A DNA stretch of 63,278 nt from Chiloscyllium plagiosum (GCF_004010195.1 NC_057719.1:78386898-78450175), one strand, 5' to 3'. Counted from the first letter of the stretch, positions 12,340 to 26,125 are shown. Notes: a model not told the origin generated them from the letters alone. Program-made: numbers and translations.

Positions 12340-12970
12340 ATCTATGAGTACGTGGTGTTAGCATGCAGTTACAGCAAACGATAAGGAAGGAAAATGGAAT
12401 GTTTGAGTTTATTGCAAGGAGAATTAAAATATAAAAACAGAAATGTTATTACAGTCAAATAGGCCTTGAGTTCACATCGAGTACTGTAGGCAGTTTTGAT
12501 CTCCTCATTTAGAAGCAGTTAAGAAAAAATGCACTTAAAATGATTACTGGTGTAAAGTCATAACCTTGAGGGAAAAGGCAACTTGGGTTAGACTTAGATC
12601 CATTGGCATTCTGATTATTGGGAAATAATCTTATTAAAACATATAAGATCTTACGGGGGCTAGGTAGTGTGAATATCCTGAGGATGTTTCCTCTTGAGGT
12701 AAACTAAAACTGAGGGACATAGGTTAATTATAAGGGGGGCCTCCAACTTTAAGACAAGGAGGAGAATTTTGCTTTCTCACATTCAGTAAAGGCTGGAATT
12801 TTCTCCAGAAGGTGGTGGAGGAGAGTACTTAAAATGTTTCAAAGCTTTGTGGATAAAATTTGAATACAAAAGGGAGTCGAGGGTTATGGCATAAACACAG
12901 GCAAATACAGCTGAGACACTGGCAGATTCAGCTCAAAGGACTAAATAGCTCTCACTGCTCCTAACTCCTG
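12340..12970 (+). mobile_element. Old, highly diverged CR1 fragment
   Basis: Degenerate LEYC.QF and DLIKTYKI segments (gagtactgtaggcagttt, aatcttattaaaacatataagatc). Confidence 0.6.
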
Positions 12971-13459
12971 TGTTTGTCAGTATTATACAGCATGTCTGTT
13001 GCTTTGAATCCTCACTTTTGGTCTTTTCCTGGAACTATTACTGTTAAGTTACTGACAAATTGGGGAATTGCTTGCATCCTGGCATCTGTCTGTAACCATG
13101 ACCCTGCCTTTAGATATGGGACTGGAGAATGTCAATCTGAAATTCTCTCCAGCATTGAAACGAATGGTGTCACCTAGGGTGAGATCGCTTACACCTTGGA
13201 GGTAGTGACATCTCACAAGAACAGCCTTATTCTTGTCTGTGTACATGTGATGTAAAGTCACCATTGTCTTGCCAGACCATAATGCTGCTTTCCCATGGAG
13301 GGTGGGGAGGGGAGAGAGTGAGAAAGTGAGAGAAAAAGGAGACACCACACCTCTGGCATGGTGAGTGGTTGAGAAGGAGAGTCCTCAGCTGGTGTGGGAA
13401 TTGAGTGATTTAACCAACCTTCTGGAGCTAACTAACCCCTGTCCCATGTGATGGGTGAC

Positions 13460-13960
13460 TGAATGGGAACCATGGTTAGCATGCAACAGTTACTGAGAAA
13501 TGGTAAGGTTAAGTGCAACAGATAACGGAGAGATGTTCAAAGAGTGTTTAATGGCAACCGTATCAAACATAGAGAGATTGGGAAATGGTCATGAGCCATG
13601 GTTTATTCTGGTCCTGAGGTTAAGCATATGACGAAAGCTTGATTTTGGGGGTTTTATCCAGAAAACCTTCTTATTGACAAATATGTCCCAGGAATACAGA
13701 AATGAGAGGAATGGTTGGAGGTGGATAATAGTTGGAGAAATTGAAAGGAATTAAACTAGGTCTTTTCAGAGGGGTTGATGATGACTTTGAAGAACCAGGG
13801 GCCATCCTGGAGTTCAATGACTGTTGATTATGTTGAGAATTAAGTTCAGGTGAAGCTCAGTGGTTAGGAATTGCTTTAGGGGTAGTGATAAGGCATACAT
13901 GATTAGCATCATGGTTGAAATATGTTTAGTGTTAACAGGGAGCAGACGTGGAATAAAAAC
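13460..13960 (-). mobile_element. Old L2-like fragment
   Basis: Purine-rich + strand resembling the L2 antisense at 49780-50160. Confidence 0.35.
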
Positions 13961-14599
13961 TCCGGAAGGGGTAAGGGATGAGGCTCGATTTTAAAAATCT
14001 TTGAGGCTTTAGTGGTGTCTCCTTTTTCATTGCTTTGTAACTAAAACATTTTACTATGTGCCAAAAGTTGTAATAGTTTGATTCCCATGGACAATTAAAT
14101 CTTTAATGAAGTGCTCCTCTACAATAAAGGAAACTCATCAAGGTTAATGCACAATAAAAATATTTCCTTCAGTGTAATATATTCCAACGGAGAAAATTTT
14201 AGTAATTACATTTTGTTCTTTGAACTTACAAGTAATCTGTTTCAGCCAACTTCATTTAATAGATACTTTATATTTTAAAATTAAATTGTTTGAGTTTACA
14301 TAAATGCATGGGTAACACATGGGTACTTTGAAGTCTATGCGATTAATCTGCTTAGCAAAATTTAAATGGGAGGAATTGGAGAATGGCCTACCAAATTCTA
14401 TGTTTCAGTGTAACAATATAAACTGTTAGACGCTACCTTTTATGCAACTGGCCAATTAATTACTTAACAGACTGTTCTTTTAATCATTTAAAAAGTTAGT
14501 TTTTCAGAAATGAGCCTGCTTCATTGTTGTTACTTTGTCCCATTTAACAGGGGAGCAACTCTTACAATCTTAGATCAGAAAATTCTACTTGATGTATAT

Positions 14600-15470
14600 T
14601 GCAGAAACCGGTCATTTGGCCCAACCAGTTCATAATGATGATTATATTCCACCTGAGCCGCCTCCAATCTTTTTTAAATTCTACCATTACATCCATCTCT
14701 CTCTGTGCTTGTCGAGCATCTCCTTTTAAAAAATATCTTTACTATTCAACCACTGCGTGCAGTGGGGAGTTCTACATTCTCTTCAGATGAATCAGTTTCG
14801 TCTGAATTGGATGTCTTAGTGACTAACTTTTTTATGTAGACTTCTGATAAGGTTGCACTGCACAACAGGCAACATTCTTTCTCTATAGCCATATTATCAA
14901 TCGCTTCAGAATTTCAAAGGTCTCTATCAGATTTTCCCTGCAAACAAAAAGGGCTGAGGAACAGCGATCCAGCTGTCAATCTTTTCCTGATATGTATACC
15001 CTCACGTTGCCTGTATCAACCCTAAATCTTTTTCAGCATTACCTCTGGTGCATTATAGCAACAGAATTGCATGCAGTACTTGAGGTTTGGCCTCGGTGAT
15101 GTTCAATACAAGTTTAGTATAACTTCCCTACTTTGCAATTCCATCTCTGTAAAGATAAAACCTTTTGCTTGGCTTGCTTTCTTTGTGGTCTTGCCAACTA
15201 GTGGCATAATGTTTAGTAATTGGTGTGTTTATTCTTCCATCCCACACATTATCGATCAGCCCACCTGTACCTTTTCAAGTAACGAATGACCTCCCTGTTC
15301 ATTGTACCAAAAGGTACAATGTCATCTTTTTCACCTTTTTTTAAAAAAGCTTTTATTTGTAAATTAATTGCCTGTCTGCAAGTTTCTTAATGTTTTCCTG
15401 TGATTTGTTGTAACTTTCCTCAACGTTGAATATTCTCCCCAAATTTGGTGTCATGTGTAAATTATGAAAT
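14600..15470 (-). mobile_element. Old CR1 fragment
   Basis: cagaattgcatgcagtacttgaggtttggcct is the reverse complement of the RP.L.YC.QF motif. Confidence 0.6.
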
Positions 15471-17159
15471 TGCCAAGGAGTCACTTTCTCCTCCCTGGAG
15501 GTGGGGAGAGAGTGGCAAGAAGGGCAAATCATTGGGTGAACTGGCCCTGGTTAGATCCTTTCTTCTCACCACCTCAGCTGTTATGTTCTGGGCAAGAAGG
15601 TTCATAGCAACCTTCTCACTGCACCACTAATTCAGGCTGCTCAATGGTCACTTTGGGGCTACAACTTACCAACTCCTTGATGTTAGTGGCCTTCCCAGGA
15701 TCAGAAAGGTGGCAATATGAGCACAATTGAGGGCACCAATGGAGGGGGAGGCTCTTGCTTCCAACCCATCCCCCTCACACACTACCATCATCCTCCTGAC
15801 ACACTACCCTCATCCTGTTAGAAGTTTAAAAAAAGACATCCTTCTCACCATTGGAATCATTGAGGAGAAGACCTTACCCAGCACTCTTTGGGACCCAGAT
15901 GCTGCTTGTCTCTAATTGGCCAGGACTTACTGGTGACCAGGGATGCCATTGCCAAGGCTATGATCAGTCAAATAACTCGCCCATGCTCACCAATCATCAC
16001 TTAACAGGTGGCTTGGCATGAGGTGGGGTGGTTCCTCTTAGTCACACTTCAAAGAAAACTTGGAAAATTGAGCCTTAAGTTTTTGGTTTCTGAACAGTTG
16101 CTAAAATGTCGAAGGTAGAGAAAGCTCAGAATTTTGAAAAGAGGGTTGAATGTTTGAAATTCCAAGTAAAAGCTAAAACCTTGAACTGTAGGTGGCGGGC
16201 TTTAGTACCCAATGTAGTAAGAGTTGTCCATCAGGAGAAAAGGAACTATGAAGAGAAGAGGGATAATGCAATTAGGTTAGATGATCAGTGCTGAATACTC
16301 AAAGGCAGGGTGACTAAAATTGGAGAAATTCTTCAAATTGAAAGTAAGCCACCATGTGGATTGCAGATGGCAGACAAAATTCCTTTCAGCACTGTGTAAA
16401 ACCCAAGTATCACTATCAGCCAGTTAATTGCATTAGATTTTGCTTCATTAAAATTGGAATATAATGCATGTAAGCTACTTAGTTTTGTGGTTGTACTGAG
16501 TCTCGTGTGACTTCACAAAATATGTTTTGCTTTAGAGAATAATTGCAAATGATTCCCTTGTCTGCTTTTCTAATATAGTCAGTTCTCCAGCTCTAATCAC
16601 TATGGACATTTAGTCTTGTCACCTCCAATTCTTGAAGGCTTTACCTTTTTGTTTTGCATGACTTATAAATTCAGCCTTCCTTTCAAATACTTAAGTAGAT
16701 TTTCCTCTTGTTTGTTCGCAACGCTTCAATCTTCTTTAAGTCTTTCATAATTATAGTCAATTCATAAGTTTCAGAACAGTGCCAAATCTAAGGGCCATTA
16801 GGATAGTCAATGAGGATAGCTGCAACAGTTTTCACTTAATAAGTTTGCAGAATGAACACCTAATTGGCAAATGAAGGTCAGTGCAGGTAAATATGAAGTG
16901 GTATATTTTGGCAGGAAGCATACTTATTACTTGGAAGGTGCAAGTCTAGGTAAGGTAGAGAAGTAAAGGCATTTCGATAGCTACGCCAATCACACACTAT
17001 TGTAAAGCATGTTAATAAGTCTACTTTGAAGAAAATAGTTTAATTCCAAAATTTAAGCATTTGATATGTTTTCATACAATCTATTTTCCCATCCTCACTT
17101 GTGAAGATTGGGTCATGGATATCCATTGAATTAGTCAACACCGAGCCAAATACTGCAGT

Positions 17160-17370
17160 GGTTTGCCATTACCACCTTCAGAATGATTAACCAGGACCCT
17201 CTTCCATCCTTATGACCTGGCCATCAGGTGTATTGGAAGGGTTTGCCAGCTGATGATCGGTGTTCGACCATGTTATGAACATACCTACCTTGGCCAGCAA
17301 GTCCTAGTGTGGGATTAGAACTTGAAGCTTCTGGCACAGAGGGAAAGGTGGTACTACTCTACCCCAAGGT
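17160..17370 (-). mobile_element. tRNA-derived SINE remnant
   Basis: gtgggattagaacttgaagcttctggcacagagg resembles an antisense B-box head and is similar to 55030-55100. Confidence 0.45.
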
Positions 17371-18044
17371 CTCCTCTTGTATAATCCATGTTGGCCTGCA
17401 TTTCTGAAACGCGATGGGATCACCATTTCCAATCCAGACCAGGCTAAAAGTTGTCCCTGAACATTGAGGAGTTTTCTACCTGACCCTCCAGGCTCAGGGA
17501 TCTCTTGGCTAAAGAAGTGCACACTGTGGAATTTCATCTTTTTTTAAAAAAGTAAAGTTTTCATAATTCTACCAAACCGTAGGCCAGCGCACTCATTTGA
17601 GGGATGACAGGTGGTGGTTTAACCTGGTGGACACCACATCTCAGGCGAGGTGAGAGATTGAAAAGAGATTATTTTGGGGTAACCTCTAGGACTCTGTAAT
17701 TCTTGCCTCTATTTCAAGAATGATTCAACAGACTCATGGAATGTGAAATTATTGTCATGGATCCATCAACCACACATTAGGATTAAGTATGATTCAGAGG
17801 AATGGCCTGGCTGCATTCCAGTGGGTAGATTTATAATATTGCATTCCTTTGCATGCAGGCTCAGAGCTGTGACTGAAGAATGTTAAATGGCCACAAAATC
17901 TCCCTTAGTGTGCAGCAGGAAGATCAGTGTCTGAAATAGTAAATCAATTATTCTTACATTCTGAAGCAACAAAAAATAATGACCCAGCTCCTTCAGTAGG
18001 AGTGCAACGTTATAAATCTACCCACTGGAATGCAGGTAGATAGG

Positions 18045-18355
18045 ATAGTGAAGACGTACAACGCAGAAACAGACCCTTCGGTCCAACTTGTCCATGCCAA
18101 CCAGATATCCTAAATTAATCTGGTCCCATTTGCTAGCACTTGGCCCATATCCCTCTAAGACCTTCCTATTAATATACCCATCCAGATGCCTTTGAAATAC
18201 TATAATTGTACCAGCCGTCTCCACTTCCTCTGGCAGCTCATTCCATACATGTACCGCCCTCTGCGTGGAAAAAGTTGCCCCAAAAATCTCTCTTTATATG
18301 TTTTCCATCTTTCCCTAAATCTATGCCCTCTAGTTCTGGACTCCCCCCCCCATTC
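18045..18355 (-). mobile_element. CR1 3' end
   Basis: ETAGTIIVFQRHLDGYINRKVLEGYGP plus tail. Confidence 0.85.
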
Positions 18356-18414
18356 CGGGGAAAGTTGTATCTGGCACAATGGAAAATATCTGTAATTATT
18401 AAAGGATGAGCAAC

Positions 18415-19170
18415 TTGGTTCCAGGACGTCACTGCACGAGTTCTTTGGTGTAATGACCTAGTCCCCACCATGCTCGGTAGCTCCATCAATGATATTGCCT
18501 CCATAATTAGGTCAGAACAGGGACATTCGCTAATGATTGCAGTATGTTCAATACCACGTGCATCTCCTCCGGTCCTGAAGCATTTTCCGTCCATGTTCAG
18601 CAAGGCCTGGACAATATTCAGGATTGGGTAGGTAAGGTTTGTGCCATACAAGTGCCTGGTTTTGGTGTTATCTCTAACAAGAGAGAATTGAACGACCTCA
18701 CCTTGACATTCATTGGAGCTACTGTTACTGAACCCCCCACGCTCCCTACTGTCCTTTCCTTGCCATTACCATTATCCAGAAACTGAACTGCAATAGTCAA
18801 ATGAACAATGTTGCAACCAGCTCAGCTCAGACGCAGAGAGTTCTGTAGTAAGTAACTCACCTCCTGACTCCCCAGAGTCTGTTCACTATATGCAAGGCAA
18901 AAGTCAGTAGTGTGATGGAATAATCTCTCCACTTGCCAAGATGCTCAATGGTGTTCAGGACAAAACAGTCCATTTTGATTGGTAATCTCTCCACTGACTA
19001 AAGGTCACTCCCCCCCATGACTGGTGCGCAATGAGTACAACAGTGTGTATCTTATACTTGATAAACAGCAGCAATGACCAAGGTTCCTTCAAAACACATC
19101 CAAACCTATAACTTCTACCACCTAAGAAGGATAAGAGGAGCAAACATGACAATACCATCACTTGCATCTG
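18415..19170 (+). mobile_element. Second CR1-clade LINE family (family B), decayed RT fragment
   Basis: Matches the antisense of 28330-29750 and sense 47265-48025. Degenerate I.KA.V.SVME and VQQGLDNIQDW motifs. Confidence 0.7.
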
Positions 19171-19351
19171 TAGGAACATGGGTGGAGCAGGTTTGAGAGG
19201 TTGAATGACCTGCTCCATTTAGGTCTGGGCTGATCATTGACCTGAATGCCGTTTTCTCACATTATATTTCCCCCACCCCCATTTTTTAATGTTAGGACAT
19301 CTACAGCAATTGTTTCCAATTGATTTTCTCATCTCATCTGATTACTTAACA

Positions 19352-19574
19352 AAAAGTGAAAGAACTACAGATGTTGTAAATCAGAAACAAAAGCAGAAGT
19401 TGCTGGAAAAGTTCAGCAGGTCTGGTAGCATCTGTGGAGAGAAATAAAGGTTAACATTTCGGGTCTGGTACCCTGAGGAAGGTTCATGGGACCCGAAATG
19501 TTAACTTTGATTTCTCTGCACAGAAGCTGCCAGCCCTGCTGAGCTTTTCCAGCAACTTCTGCTTTTGTTTGACG
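19352..19574 (+). mobile_element. Short Penelope-derived fold-back insertion (family 4)
   Basis: ~85-bp inverted arms. Direct repeat acttaaca at 19344-19351 and 19575-19582. Confidence 0.75.
19473..19506 (+). ncRNA. Minimal type I hammerhead ribozyme-like core (family 4)
   Basis: CTGAGGA(19473-19479)-aggttc-atgg-gaccc-GAAA(19495-19498)-TGTT-aact. The 5' strand of stem I is lost at the fold-back junction. Confidence 0.5.
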
Positions 19575-20870
19575 ACTTAACATGTTTGTCTTCAATCAAA
19601 ATTCTAAATCTTCCTTCTCACGGATTAAATGTAAATATGACTCATATTAAACATGACTCTTTTATGTGCAGGTAAGTAAAACTAATAAAACATCTCACAG
19701 TGCACCTAGAGATCTCTCAATAAATTTGGAGGAGTTGATAATTTGATGTACAGGAAGATTACTATTTCAGGAGGTGACAGATGTGAAAATGCATTGGTCT
19801 GGCATACACAGACATTCTTCACAGAAATATTTGCCAAGGTACCCCAGTGTGTAAAGTAATCATCCCCCTTTTGGGGGAAGAAGTCTGATTCATGTGAAAT
19901 TACATTTGCAATAGATTAAAGCAGAACTTAAAAATTAATAATGCCATTGTACAAAGTGCTACAATGCACAGTTTTACATCAACAGGTAGAGATAATAAAA
20001 AGCTGGATCAAAGCCCCGATTGTGTGGAGGATAAATTGGTACTAACTTCAGATGCAATCCTTAGGATTTTCTTTGGAGCTGTTTGCTGAAGTATCTCCAG
20101 ATCATAGAGGAATTATACCCAGTTTTGAAAGAGAAGCAACACTTTTTTTTTCCCCTGAAGTTACAGCAGCAGCAAATTAAGAATGAATGCTGCCAAATTT
20201 TTTTGGAATATTCATGATGTAACCAAAATTGAAAGCATAGTTCGTGATGAGAATATGTTTCTGTATTCTACTGTCTTGCTCCATTAATTTAAACAACTTA
20301 TTTTTTAAAAATTCTGAAACATAACACAATAGTTGGCTTTCTCATTAGAGCTTAACCTTTGTCTGACAGAACTTTGTTTCAGTTCCCAGCTCTCATCAAA
20401 ATGAGCGAATGGGGTGGGTTCAGCATTATAGCCTCAGTAATTGCACCAATATTGATTGTACAGGCTAGCACCATTAAATTATACATGCTCCTTAATGTGG
20501 ACTGTCAGTGTTATTACTGTGTAAAACTATTGGTAACATCTTGTGCCTTTACGTGTGCAGATAAATGTGTAATTTGGAAGTTGCTCTGTCTTCCTCTGGC
20601 TTCGTTGTTGGATTTTTCACCAATGGAATCGCTGCAGAAGTGAACTATTGTACAACACAAAACCTAGCTAGGCCTGATTTGCATCAAGAGCAACTGAGTT
20701 TTTGAAGTGGTAAATTATAATTACTTTACAACAACCTCTCTTGGCCTGAAAAAAATAATTATGACAAATATCATTCCATCAGAAGAAAATTGTTGCAGAT
20801 CTTGGTTAAAAAATGTAAATGCTTTTGTGCCTTTTTAAAAAAAAAATAGGTTATCCCTTCATCCCATGCA

Positions 20871-21029
20871 CAGAGGTACCTCGATTATTCCGAAGGATAC
20901 GGACAGGGAGTATTTTGTTTGGATAATCTATGCCGGATAACATAATTAGTCACGCATCGGGACCATGCGATCTTGTTTGGATGATCCGAAGTTCGGTTAA
21001 TCAAATGCCTGACAGTTGAGTTCCCTCTG
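20871..21029. mobile_element. Tigger/pogo-like MITE
   Basis: Imperfect TIRs cagaggtacctcga...ttgagttccctctg, internal repeated ggataat(c) motifs, TA on the right flank. Confidence 0.65.
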
Positions 21030-21701
21030 TATATCTTCAAGCTTTTATTTTGCTTTCAGGACAGTAACATAAATGTAATTTGTATCTTGCTTTACCACCT
21101 TTTGAGTTTTTCCATCTGATTCCTTGCTGCTTTTCCCTTTCATTGGCCAGTACAGATGCCATGTAAAAGGGTCCAATTTCAATTTGATATTGGAAAACAA
21201 TATGCTGGTGTTATGGAGCCTGTTAAATGTTAGAGAGTGTTGTTTTTTACAGCTGAATACTGATCGCCTTGCCACTTACTGCAAATTTGAATGATTGTAC
21301 AAGGTGGGTTTTTTGAGATGCATGTTTGTACAATATTGATTTGTTCCTTCTGGCTGTCACAACCCCATATTCAGTTTATTTTCATCAGCATTTGTATTGA
21401 TCTCGTCCTCAGGAAAGTATGTGGACTTGGATTGAATGTTCAAGCTAAGACTAATTGCTAATGCTGTTAGTATTTGAAAAGTAGCACCAGGAATCCAATA
21501 CACTCACTTTAATGTATAAGTAAATACAACGATAATTCATTTTAAGATTGGGTAAATTCTTGCAGATTAGTGCTCTGTCAGAGGTAGAACACATCGTGGA
21601 TTGATTTTTAGCATTGCTAATAGCACTTAATCTGGACAGATGCAAAAAAGTGAACTTTGCAAATAGATTATTGAATTTAATGGTAATTTCTGGCACACAC
21701 G

Positions 21702-22297
21702 TCTTAGTGAGTTTTGAGAAGGATTGTAGCTCAGGTTAAGGTTCTGGATGTAAGTTTGCTTGCTGAGCTGGAAGGTTCATTTTCAGATGTTTAGTCACCA
21801 TACTAGGTAACATCATCAGTGAGCCATCACTGAAGCACTGGTGTTAGTGACCATCTTTCTATTTGTGTTTAGGTTTTCTTGGGTTGGTGATGTCATTTCC
21901 TGTTCTTTTTCTCAGGGGTTGGTAAATGGGATCCAAGTCAATAAGTTTGTTGGTAGAATTCCGGTTGGAATGCCGTGCTTCTAGGAATTCTTGTGCATGT
22001 CTTGGTTTCACTTGTCCAAAAACCGAGACATGCACGAGAATTCCTAGAAGCCTAGCATTGTAACCAGAACTCTCTCAACAAGCACATCAACTTGGACCCC
22101 ATTTACCACTCTCTGAGAAAAAGAACTGCCTATGGTGATGTCATTTGCTATGTCATCACCAACCCAAGGAAACCTAAACACATACATAGAAAGCGGGTCG
22201 CAAATACCAGTGCTTCAGCGGTGGCTCACTGATGATGTTACCTAGTGGGGTGACTAAACATCTGAAAATGAACCTTCCAGCTCAGCAAGCAAACTTA
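21702..22297. mobile_element. Penelope-like element 3' end in head-to-head inverted duplication (family 3)
   Basis: ~260-280-bp arms centred at ~22015. Right arm reads RHAREFLEA*HCNQNSLNKHINLDPIYHSLR (GIY-YIG C-terminus). Direct repeat cacacacg at 21694-21701 and 22298-22305. Hammerhead-like CTGATGA at 22229-22235 (+) and 21813-21819 (-). Confidence 0.88.
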
Positions 22298-22514
22298 CAC
22301 ACACGAGTCTGGCAATTTAAGGGCACATTAGGCACTGTACACCTCGGATGTATTGCAACTGAGCTGTGCCGCATCCAGGAAGGAATTGTGGGTTCAAGGG
22401 TAACCACCCAGATCATTTGAGGTGTTCCATTAATCACAACCTTAAAATTTATTAAGTGGTTACAACTCTCAAACAGCCAGGCCACATTGCGGACAGGTAT
22501 AAATTTGTAAACTT

Positions 22515-22600
22515 CCTACATTGCAGCAGTGACTACACTTTGGTGAAGCCCTTTGATACATTTGCTGGCCATTAGAAGTGCTATGCAAGTGCAAATTGTT
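22515..22600 (+). mobile_element. Deu-SINE-like (AmnSINE1/SacSINE1-type) 3' remnant
   Basis: cctacattgcagcagtgactacactt...aagtgctatgcaagtgcaa resembles the tail of that SINE group. Confidence 0.45.
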
Positions 22601-22929
22601 TTTAAGGTGTTCCCACTTGGAGCATGTAAAGCACCTCTGGAGTGTCCTTGGGCTATAATTGTCTGTCACGTGTCCTCCCTGTTAGTGGATAGTGGCATCT
22701 CCATTACACCTTTTAGGGCATGGGGCACCTGGAGGGTGGGTCAGTGTCTTTTGGCCCACTCCTATCTAACTAGTGAATGAAAGCATTGCATGGTTTGAGC
22801 AACGGAAGAAATGTCCACATGCAGATCTGGCAGATGCTAATTATTCTATTGAACCAGTGTCTCAATGACATGCCACCGCAGGAAGCAACCATGTTGGAGC
22901 CACAACATTGGAGATGACACATAGAATAT

Positions 22930-23925
22930 TCTTTCATTAGTGTGAGCATCTCTGGCGGGCCCCATCCCTAGTTGCTCTTGAAGGTGGTGCTGGTCTGCCA
23001 CCTTGAACTGTTGCAGTTCATGTGCTATAGCTACACTGAGTGAAGGGAGGGAAGTTCCAGGATTTAGGCCCAAGTGGCATTGAAGGGACAGTGATGTATT
23101 TCCAAGTCAGGATAGTGAGTGGCTTGGAAGGGAACTTGTAGGTGGTGGTGTTCCCATGTATCTCTGACTTGTCCTTCTATATGGTTGCGGTTATGGATCT
23201 GGAAATTTCTGGCTAAGTAGCCTTGGTGATGATACAAACTTGCTGCCACTTTTTGTGTTAGTGATGAGGGGAATGAATGTTTGTAGGAGTAATGACCATC
23301 AAACAGTAAACAAAAATAAGCCATTGTCCTACTTTGACATGGATAGTGTCAAACCTAAGTGCTTTGGCAAGTAGGGAGTATTTCATAATACTCCTGATTT
23401 GCACCTTGTAGATGGTGGACAGGATTAAGAAAATCAAACTAACTTGCTGCAGGATTCCTAGCCTCTAAGCTGTTCTTGTAGCTATTTGTATTTTAGTGGC
23501 GAATCTAGTTCAGTATCTGGTCAATGATAACCTCCAGGACATTGATAGTGGGGTTTCTAATGGTGGTAATGCCTTTTGAATGACAAGGGTTGTTGTTTTG
23601 ATTCTCTTTTGTAGGAGACTATCATTGTCCAGTAATTGAGAGATGTGAAAGTGATTTGCCACTTTTCAATTCAAACCTGGATATGATACCAGTCTTGCTG
23701 CATTTTGTCACAGACGGTTTGTTTGTTTGTTTCAGTTCTGAGGGTCATGAATGATGCTGAACCTTGTACAGTCATCAGTGAACATCCCATTTCTGACCTT
23801 ATGGAGGGTTAGTGACTAAGCAGCTGAAGAGGTTTTGGCCCTTGGACACTACCCTGAGGAACTCCTGCAGAGATGTCCCGGTTGTTGACCTCCAACAACC
23901 ACAACCATCTACCTTTCTACTAGAT
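22930..23925 (-). mobile_element. CR1 family B 3' fragment
   Basis: gtgagtggcttggaagggaacttgtaggtggtggtgttcccatg shared with 28510, 41580 and (reverse complement) 47770. Confidence 0.8.
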
Positions 23926-24344
23926 ATGAGCAAACTGCTCAGCTCTTTTGGTCCAGTCTGCCTGTCATCTGAAGCGCCTTTACCACATATATTTCTGTTT
24001 GCCTGTTGTAAGCGCTGATTTTCGTGTGTCTGACCTAATCTGCAGGATCTGTCCCTCAGTCTAATTTTTCAAGTTTCTTTACAGTTCTTAAATGCCTGTG
24101 CCTTCTCACTGCTTTAAAATCTGCTTTGGAAGCCTAAGATTAAACCACTCTGTGTATATCTGGCCAACTGAAATTCAGGCTGTTCTTCCTACTCCAAGGT
24201 TCTTGCTTCTTGGTGCTGATGTTCTCTCTGGAGTGTGTGGGCGACCCTTCTGATTTGAGTAACCTCTTTTAACTAGTTACCTGGGTCATTCCCAAGCATA
24301 GTGGCTTAACAGCAGTTTGATGTAGGTTTCACCATGTAAATTGA

Positions 24345-25402
24345 GTTTCTATCATGGGAAACGTTGCACAAAATATGGAGTCTTGGGATTGAAGGTGGTT
24401 TTAATGGTTTGGATCAGAAATTGGCTAGCTGAATGAAGACATAGGGTGGTGGTTGGGAAATGTTCATCCTGGAGGTCAGTTACTAGTGGTGTGCCACAAG
24501 GATCTGCTTTGCGGCCACTGCTGTTTGTTGAATGTGGGCGTAGAAGGATGAGTTAGTAAATTTGCGGATGTCACTGAGATAGGCAGAGTTATGGATAGTG
24601 CGTAGGATGTTGTGGGTTACAGAGGGATGTTGATAAGATGCAGAGCTGGGCTGAGAAGTGGCAAATGGAATTTAATGTGGAAAAGTGGGGTAGTTCATTT
24701 TGGAAGAAGTAACAGGGATGCAGAGTACTGGGCTAATGGTAAAATTCTTGGCAGTGTAGATGAACAGAGAGATCTGTGTCTAGGTGCATAGATCCTGAAA
24801 GTTGCCACCCAGGGTTGATAGGGTTGTTAAGAGGGCATGCGGTGTGTTGGTGTTTATTGGTAGTGGAATTTAGTTTCGGAACCATGAGAGTCATGCTTCC
24901 ACTGTACAAGACACTGGTAAGGCCGCACCTGGAGTATTGCATACAGTTCTGGTCACTGCATTATAGGAAGGATGTGGAAGCTTTGGAAAGGGTTCAGAGT
25001 AGATTTACTAGGATGTCGCCTGGTATGGAAGGAAAGTCTTACAAGGAAAGGCTGAGGGAACTAAGGTTGTTTTCGTTGGAGAAAACATTGAGAGGTGACT
25101 TAACCGAGACATAAGATAATCAGAGGGTTAGATAGGGTGGACAGTGAGTTAAGTTAAGGGGTGATAGATTTAGGACAGGTATCGGGGGCAGTTTCTTTAC
25201 TCAGAGTAGTAGGGGCATGGAACAGTCTGCCTGCAACACTAGTAGACTGGTCAATGTTAAGGGCATTTTAATTGCGCATTGGACGTACATATGGATAATA
25301 ATGGAACGGTGTAGGTTAGATGGGCATCAGATTAATTTCATAAATCGGCGCAACATCGAAGGCCGAAGGGCCTGTACTGTGCTGTAACATTCTATGTTCT
25401 AT
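24345..25402 (+). mobile_element. CR1 LINE RT-to-3'-end fragment
   Basis: SGVPQGS, KFADVT, LYKTLVRPHLEYCIQFWS and a (ttctat) tail. Confidence 0.92.
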
Positions 25403-25917
25403 AAGGGTGTTACAAAAAGGGATGTTATTTCTGTATTGACTGAGCTGACCCTAGTAACCAGGCTGTCTCAAAAACAGTTTAACTGAAACTCTGTTCCATT
25501 GTTCCATCCGAAACCTTGCAGTATTGTTTCATCAAACAGCCCATTCAGTAGTCAATCATGGTGAATGGCTTGCATATCTGTCTGGCTTGATCCAATTTGA
25601 CAGTGAACGCTGCAAGCTTTCTGGCTTGAATATCACAGTTCCACTGCCTCATTAACACCTATCCAATATAGTCAATCAAATTAACTGGTTTGCATATGAG
25701 AGACAGGCCTGATTCAATTTCCAGTGTGCTATTCAGTTGGCCAGTTTGACCAGCATGCTGTTCAGCTGGCCAATCTTTTTAGTGTCCCAAAAGAGCTGCT
25801 GTTTTATTTAGAAGGGACATTCCGCTACCGACACAATGACCTTCCATTATTTCATTAATGGCCAAGTCTTGAGTCGTCATCTCTACTAGGCTCAGCAATG
25901 GTCAGTTCTCCGACTGA

Positions 25918-26125
25918 GTATACTGGAAAAGCACAGCCGGTCAGGCAGCATCCAAGGAACAGGAAAATCAACGTTTTGGGCAAAAGCCCTTCGTCAGGAA
26001 GGAGGGCTTTTTGCCTGAAACATTTTTTTTCCCCCTGCTCCCTGGATGCTACCTGACCGGCTGTGGTTTTCCAGCACCACACTCTTGGCTGTAATCTCCA
26101 GCATCTGCCGTACTCACTTTTGCCT
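25918..26125. mobile_element. Penelope-derived fold-back insertion (family 1)
   Basis: Inverted arms centred at ~26000. 14-bp TSD agttctcc(g/a)actga at 25904-25917 and 26126-26139. Confidence 0.8.

Noticed and set aside
19352..19574. Long hairpins as pre-miRNA or DNA-transposon MITE candidates
   Set aside because: Explained by dispersed Penelope-derived fold-back insertions with variable TSDs
21253..21303. AG...GT-bounded 51-nt segment
   Set aside because: Stops in all three frames and no other support
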